From positions 1,024,001 through 1,088,000 of the forward strand of contig CAVSHF010000003.1 of assembly GCA_963727805.1 (NCBI GenBank): a DNA stretch of 64,000 nt, read 5' to 3'. The notes beneath the pieces were generated by a model. That model was not told the origin of the DNA. It saw only the letters and a program-made list of their open reading frames with translations, and made no database searches. Shown one piece after another: positions 61,134 through 64,000 of this stretch. A program made the translations under genes and the position numbers. Origin of the DNA: an uncultured Nitrospiraceae bacterium. Lineage in GTDB: Bacteria; Nitrospirota; Thermodesulfovibrionia; Thermodesulfovibrionales; Dissulfurispiraceae. Position 1 is the stretch's first letter. Each line of letters begins with the position of its first letter.

Positions 61134-61510
61134 TGGGTGGCGGTAATACCCGCCTGATAAGTGGGCTCATAAGCCCGAGTGTTTGATTGGTAGCCGCCAT
61201 CTGTCTTTAAAAAAATGGAGGTGTTTTGACATTGTCTGCCCTGGCCGGTAGCTCCACGATAACTGATGCTGCCCTGTGCAGACATCGACTGCATTTGCTG
61301 AATGAGGCTGGTCAGGAACCGATAACTTTCTGGTGCCGCAGAGCAAGCTTCATTGCCCTGCAAGGGAGTAATCCCACAGAGCCCGTATGGATGTTTGATG
61401 CAGATAATGGTTCTGCATCGTTTTCAGAAAGACGAGACAGATTATTCATGTCAAAGGACTTCTAATGATATACGGTCTTAGGAATAAAAGACTGTCGGCA
61501 TACTTTTTTC
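61134..61510 (+). ncRNA. Putative bridge/seek RNA of the IS
   Basis: Structured non-coding end containing matches to both target flanks; boundaries approximate. Confidence 0.65.
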
Positions 61511-61948
61511 TCTTGACACGGTCGCTCTCAATGGATGTTTTCAGGTGGCACCACCATTTCCCATCGACGAGCGCTGGTCTCGCCTTCGGGAAGAAAGCTT
61601 GTGTAATAAACCATATATCTGTGGCGATGACTGTAAATAGTACAGCTCAGTGTTCGCTGCTCATTGTCACCTGAAACCCCACGCGTTTGAGCAATTGAAT
61701 AGCGCGTGAATTTTGATTGTAACGTTTCGTTCCCGCAATTTACGAGGGGTCTTCCTTTCTCTGAACACCATAGGAAGGTCGTCCACATAAATGATGACAA
61801 ATTTTATCAGATCAGCTCACTGATTACCGCATCATGAACTAACTAATTGCTACGACACGAGTGCATGGAACGGTTTACAAGCTGTTCCCAAAAGTGTATA
61901 TTTCTAATAGCAGCCATCCAGAAACGCATCTCATCTCTAGGAGGTTTT

Positions 61949-62305
61949 ATGGATAAAATCCTGACACATTCAAATTTCGGAAGACTTGAAGACTTTATTA
62001 AGATGGCAAAAACAGGTGCGACAGTAAATGCGTCCATCGATCTTCAGAAACGATCCGTGATGCCGAAGATTCACCCTGATGATAATGAGATGAAAGGTGA
62101 ATCGGAAATGTATCTGCTTTCTGCCATTTTTACCTTCAAATACGGCAACGAGGAGAGAAAGGTATCCAAGGTATATCTGCTGGGGTCTGCCGGGGAATCA
62201 GGTGAAGATTCAAGAGTGTATAAGAATATAACCAATGCGCGGCTAAAGGAAGATTATAAAAGGCTAAAAAACGCTAATATATCGATCGAGGAAATATATT
62301 TTTAA
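61949..62305 (+). CDS. Hypothetical protein
   Basis: AGGAGG RBS, 118-aa ORF. Confidence 0.7.
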   Translation: MDKILTHSNFGRLEDFIKMAKTGATVNASIDLQKRSVMPKIHPDDNEMKGESEMYLLSAIFTFKYGNEERKVSKVYLLGSAGESGEDSRVYKNITNARLKEDYKRLKNANISIEEIYF

Positions 62306-62775
62306 AAACTGTTTCTAAGCAACGGATAATCCTTTAATTCGAGACTTGACCAAATGCAAAAATGATCCGGCGGGAACTTCCATTCACTTTGATCCCTATT
62401 CGTCGGTAAGAGTTTTGAACTTCAGGCATTCTATGAAGCAGTCGCTTTGAACGAAACGATAAATCTAACTGAGTATCAGCGATAAATCAAGCAAGCGTAT
62501 ACTGAATTCGCCCGGCGATACGGGCATATAATAGGACATTACTGCAGGTTCCTTTGCATCGGCGTCGAAACTGAGATCGTTACCATCATCGTTAAGACGC
62601 TTTATTTATCACGATAATCATGGGGGCGCATCTCACGTCCAGTGGAGTATAGAACTGGCGCGCCCGTTTAGGTAGAGGTTCGTATTCTCGGTTTCTCGCC
62701 GTTCCATTTGCGAGTCTCACAGTGGAATGTATTCACATGAGGATGTCACACCGCACATCTAAACAGACAGTATGC

Positions 62776-63324
62776 TCAATCTTCAAATATCATTGCAAAT
62801 TTCCTAGCTTCAACAAGTTTGGAGACGCACTGACTCGAGGGGTAAAAGACGATCACATTCTTTCTTCCGAATTTGATTGCCTCATCTTTGTTTAGTGTAA
62901 AGACATCGATCGTCCTCCCCTTGATCAATCTGCCTGTATCTTCTGCTATCCCCCAACCAAGACCGGAGACAAATACCAACGACCCTAAAGGTATTACCTC
63001 TGGATCCACCGCTACTGTCCTGAGGTGGGACGGAGTTGTCATCGTCTTGGTCTGCCCATATTGTGCCCATTTCCCGCAACTCTGCTTGCTGCTCTCATAA
63101 GCAGTTGCTACGAAAATTTCTTTGACCATGCAAGGCGGGATAAACGCTTCCATGTCCTTTTGGTCCTTCAGCAACAATTGCCGTTCAATTGTCAGCGAGT
63201 GAACATAATACCCTAGGACTGCGAATACTGTAATCGCAGCTATGGCTAACGATATGAGAACCCCTTTAAGCCGTTTAACTCTTCCCTTTTGTCTGATAAT
63301 TTGTCTGCAATAGTGACATTGCAT
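62776..63324 (-). CDS. 3D-domain (MltA/Stationary-phase survival-type) protein
   Basis: ATAY, VAVDPEVIPLGS, AEDTG, IDVF; N-terminal TM segment. Confidence 0.88.
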   Translation of the reverse strand: MQCHYCRQIIRQKGRVKRLKGVLISLAIAAITVFAVLGYYVHSLTIERQLLLKDQKDMEAFIPPCMVKEIFVATAYESSKQSCGKWAQYGQTKTMTTPSHLRTVAVDPEVIPLGSLVFVSGLGWGIAEDTGRLIKGRTIDVFTLNKDEAIKFGRKNVIVFYPSSQCVSKLVEARKFAMIFED

Positions 63325-64000
63325 GTGAGTCCCCCGTGTACGCCCTGATTATAAGATTTTTTGCGCTGGTCTGATTTTCGGCTCTAAAGAAGTCTTCCTA
63401 CTTCAAGCTTATACAACAGTAAAAACTTAATATGTCACCACAAATTGTATTGTGTAGGCATAAAATATTAGTTGCCTGATAGGTCAGGACAATACGTTTT
63501 GTACAGGAACTTAACACCAAGCGAACTATATTCCCGATAGTACTTCATACAATTATGATTAGGTCGACTACTGTGATGTACTGTGAAAAAGTTAGTCTGC
63601 GAATAGCACCTGATACACCACACTTTTGTTAAATTATAGACGATAATTATGTCAAAAAATCGTCTCGGATAACCGACAAGCTTTAAATCTTTAGATTTGG
63701 TGACGCCCGTCACAGCAATCCAGAGGGACTGACCTCCACGACAAAACAAAGAGGCGCATAGCCGCAGCGCAAATGGATTCAAGGAGCAGCGTGCGCTCAC
63801 AAAGGAAAAATCTGTTTCGCTCATTTGTATTTACAGATGTCAAAGATTTCTCCAGGAACTTCGCACTGGAGCAGCTAGATCCAAAAAGCACACGATGGAA
63901 GAACGAATGAACAAATTCGGGCAACTTGTAAAGTTACAGGATGACCTTCCCCGAGTATTTCTGTTTGTACATCTCCGCAGATTCAGGGTACCCGCTGGTG

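Larger units (their letters stand above)
60037..61536 (+). mobile_element. IS110 family (IS1111-type) insertion sequence
   Basis: Perfect 13-bp sub-terminal IR ATTGAGAGCGACC (60044-60056) / GGTCGCTCTCAAT (61520-61532); GAT at both junctions; long 3' non-coding end. Confidence 0.85.

Noticed and set aside
479..61800. Many antisense or overlapping ORFs in the ORF track (e.g. 10960..11562, 22653..23381, 41041..41664)
   Set aside because: Shadows of well-supported genes on the opposite strand or another frame
62622..62706. tRNA-like segment (GAGGTTCGTATTCTC T-arm mimic, ending in CCA)
   Set aside because: No consistent acceptor stem, D-arm or anticodon arm could be built
63468..64000. Short ORFs at the window end
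   Set aside because: No motifs, weak starts, mutually overlapping
1..64000. CRISPR arrays, rRNA, prophage or defence genes
   Set aside because: No regularly spaced repeats or diagnostic genes seen

Overview
Bacterial chromosomal window, probably from an anaerobic Gram-negative organism; a Nitrospirota/Desulfobacterota-like origin is inferred from gene content only. Recognisable blocks, in order: ispE (partial) and a TPR protein; a radical SAM/SPASM enzyme; glgP; a peptidoglycan-recycling cluster (nagZ, ampG, DUF1460, nagA); a two-component pair and cvpA; a NosL/ABC cluster; a cusCBA-type efflux system; a nik/cbi MNQO ECF transporter; livHMGF; bioB and bioW; two Crp/Fnr regulators; a receiver-LpxC fusion; an FNOR-cooF-cooS CO dehydrogenase operon; a DASS transporter; and IS remnants. 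The best candidate for an undescribed system is an unannotated 20-aa Cys-rich peptide gene (MIIKKVSKKVSLTCKCKGSC, 2154..2216, minus strand). It has its own RBS and terminator and lies directly downstream of a radical SAM/SPASM enzyme with an RRE-like N-terminus, which suggests a minimal RiPP system. Also notable: an intact IS110/IS1111-type element whose 3' non-coding end carries sequences matching both flanks of its insertion site (bridge/seek RNA), and the REC-LpxC fusion next to an orphan PAS kinase. All family calls come from motif recognition by eye, not database searches.
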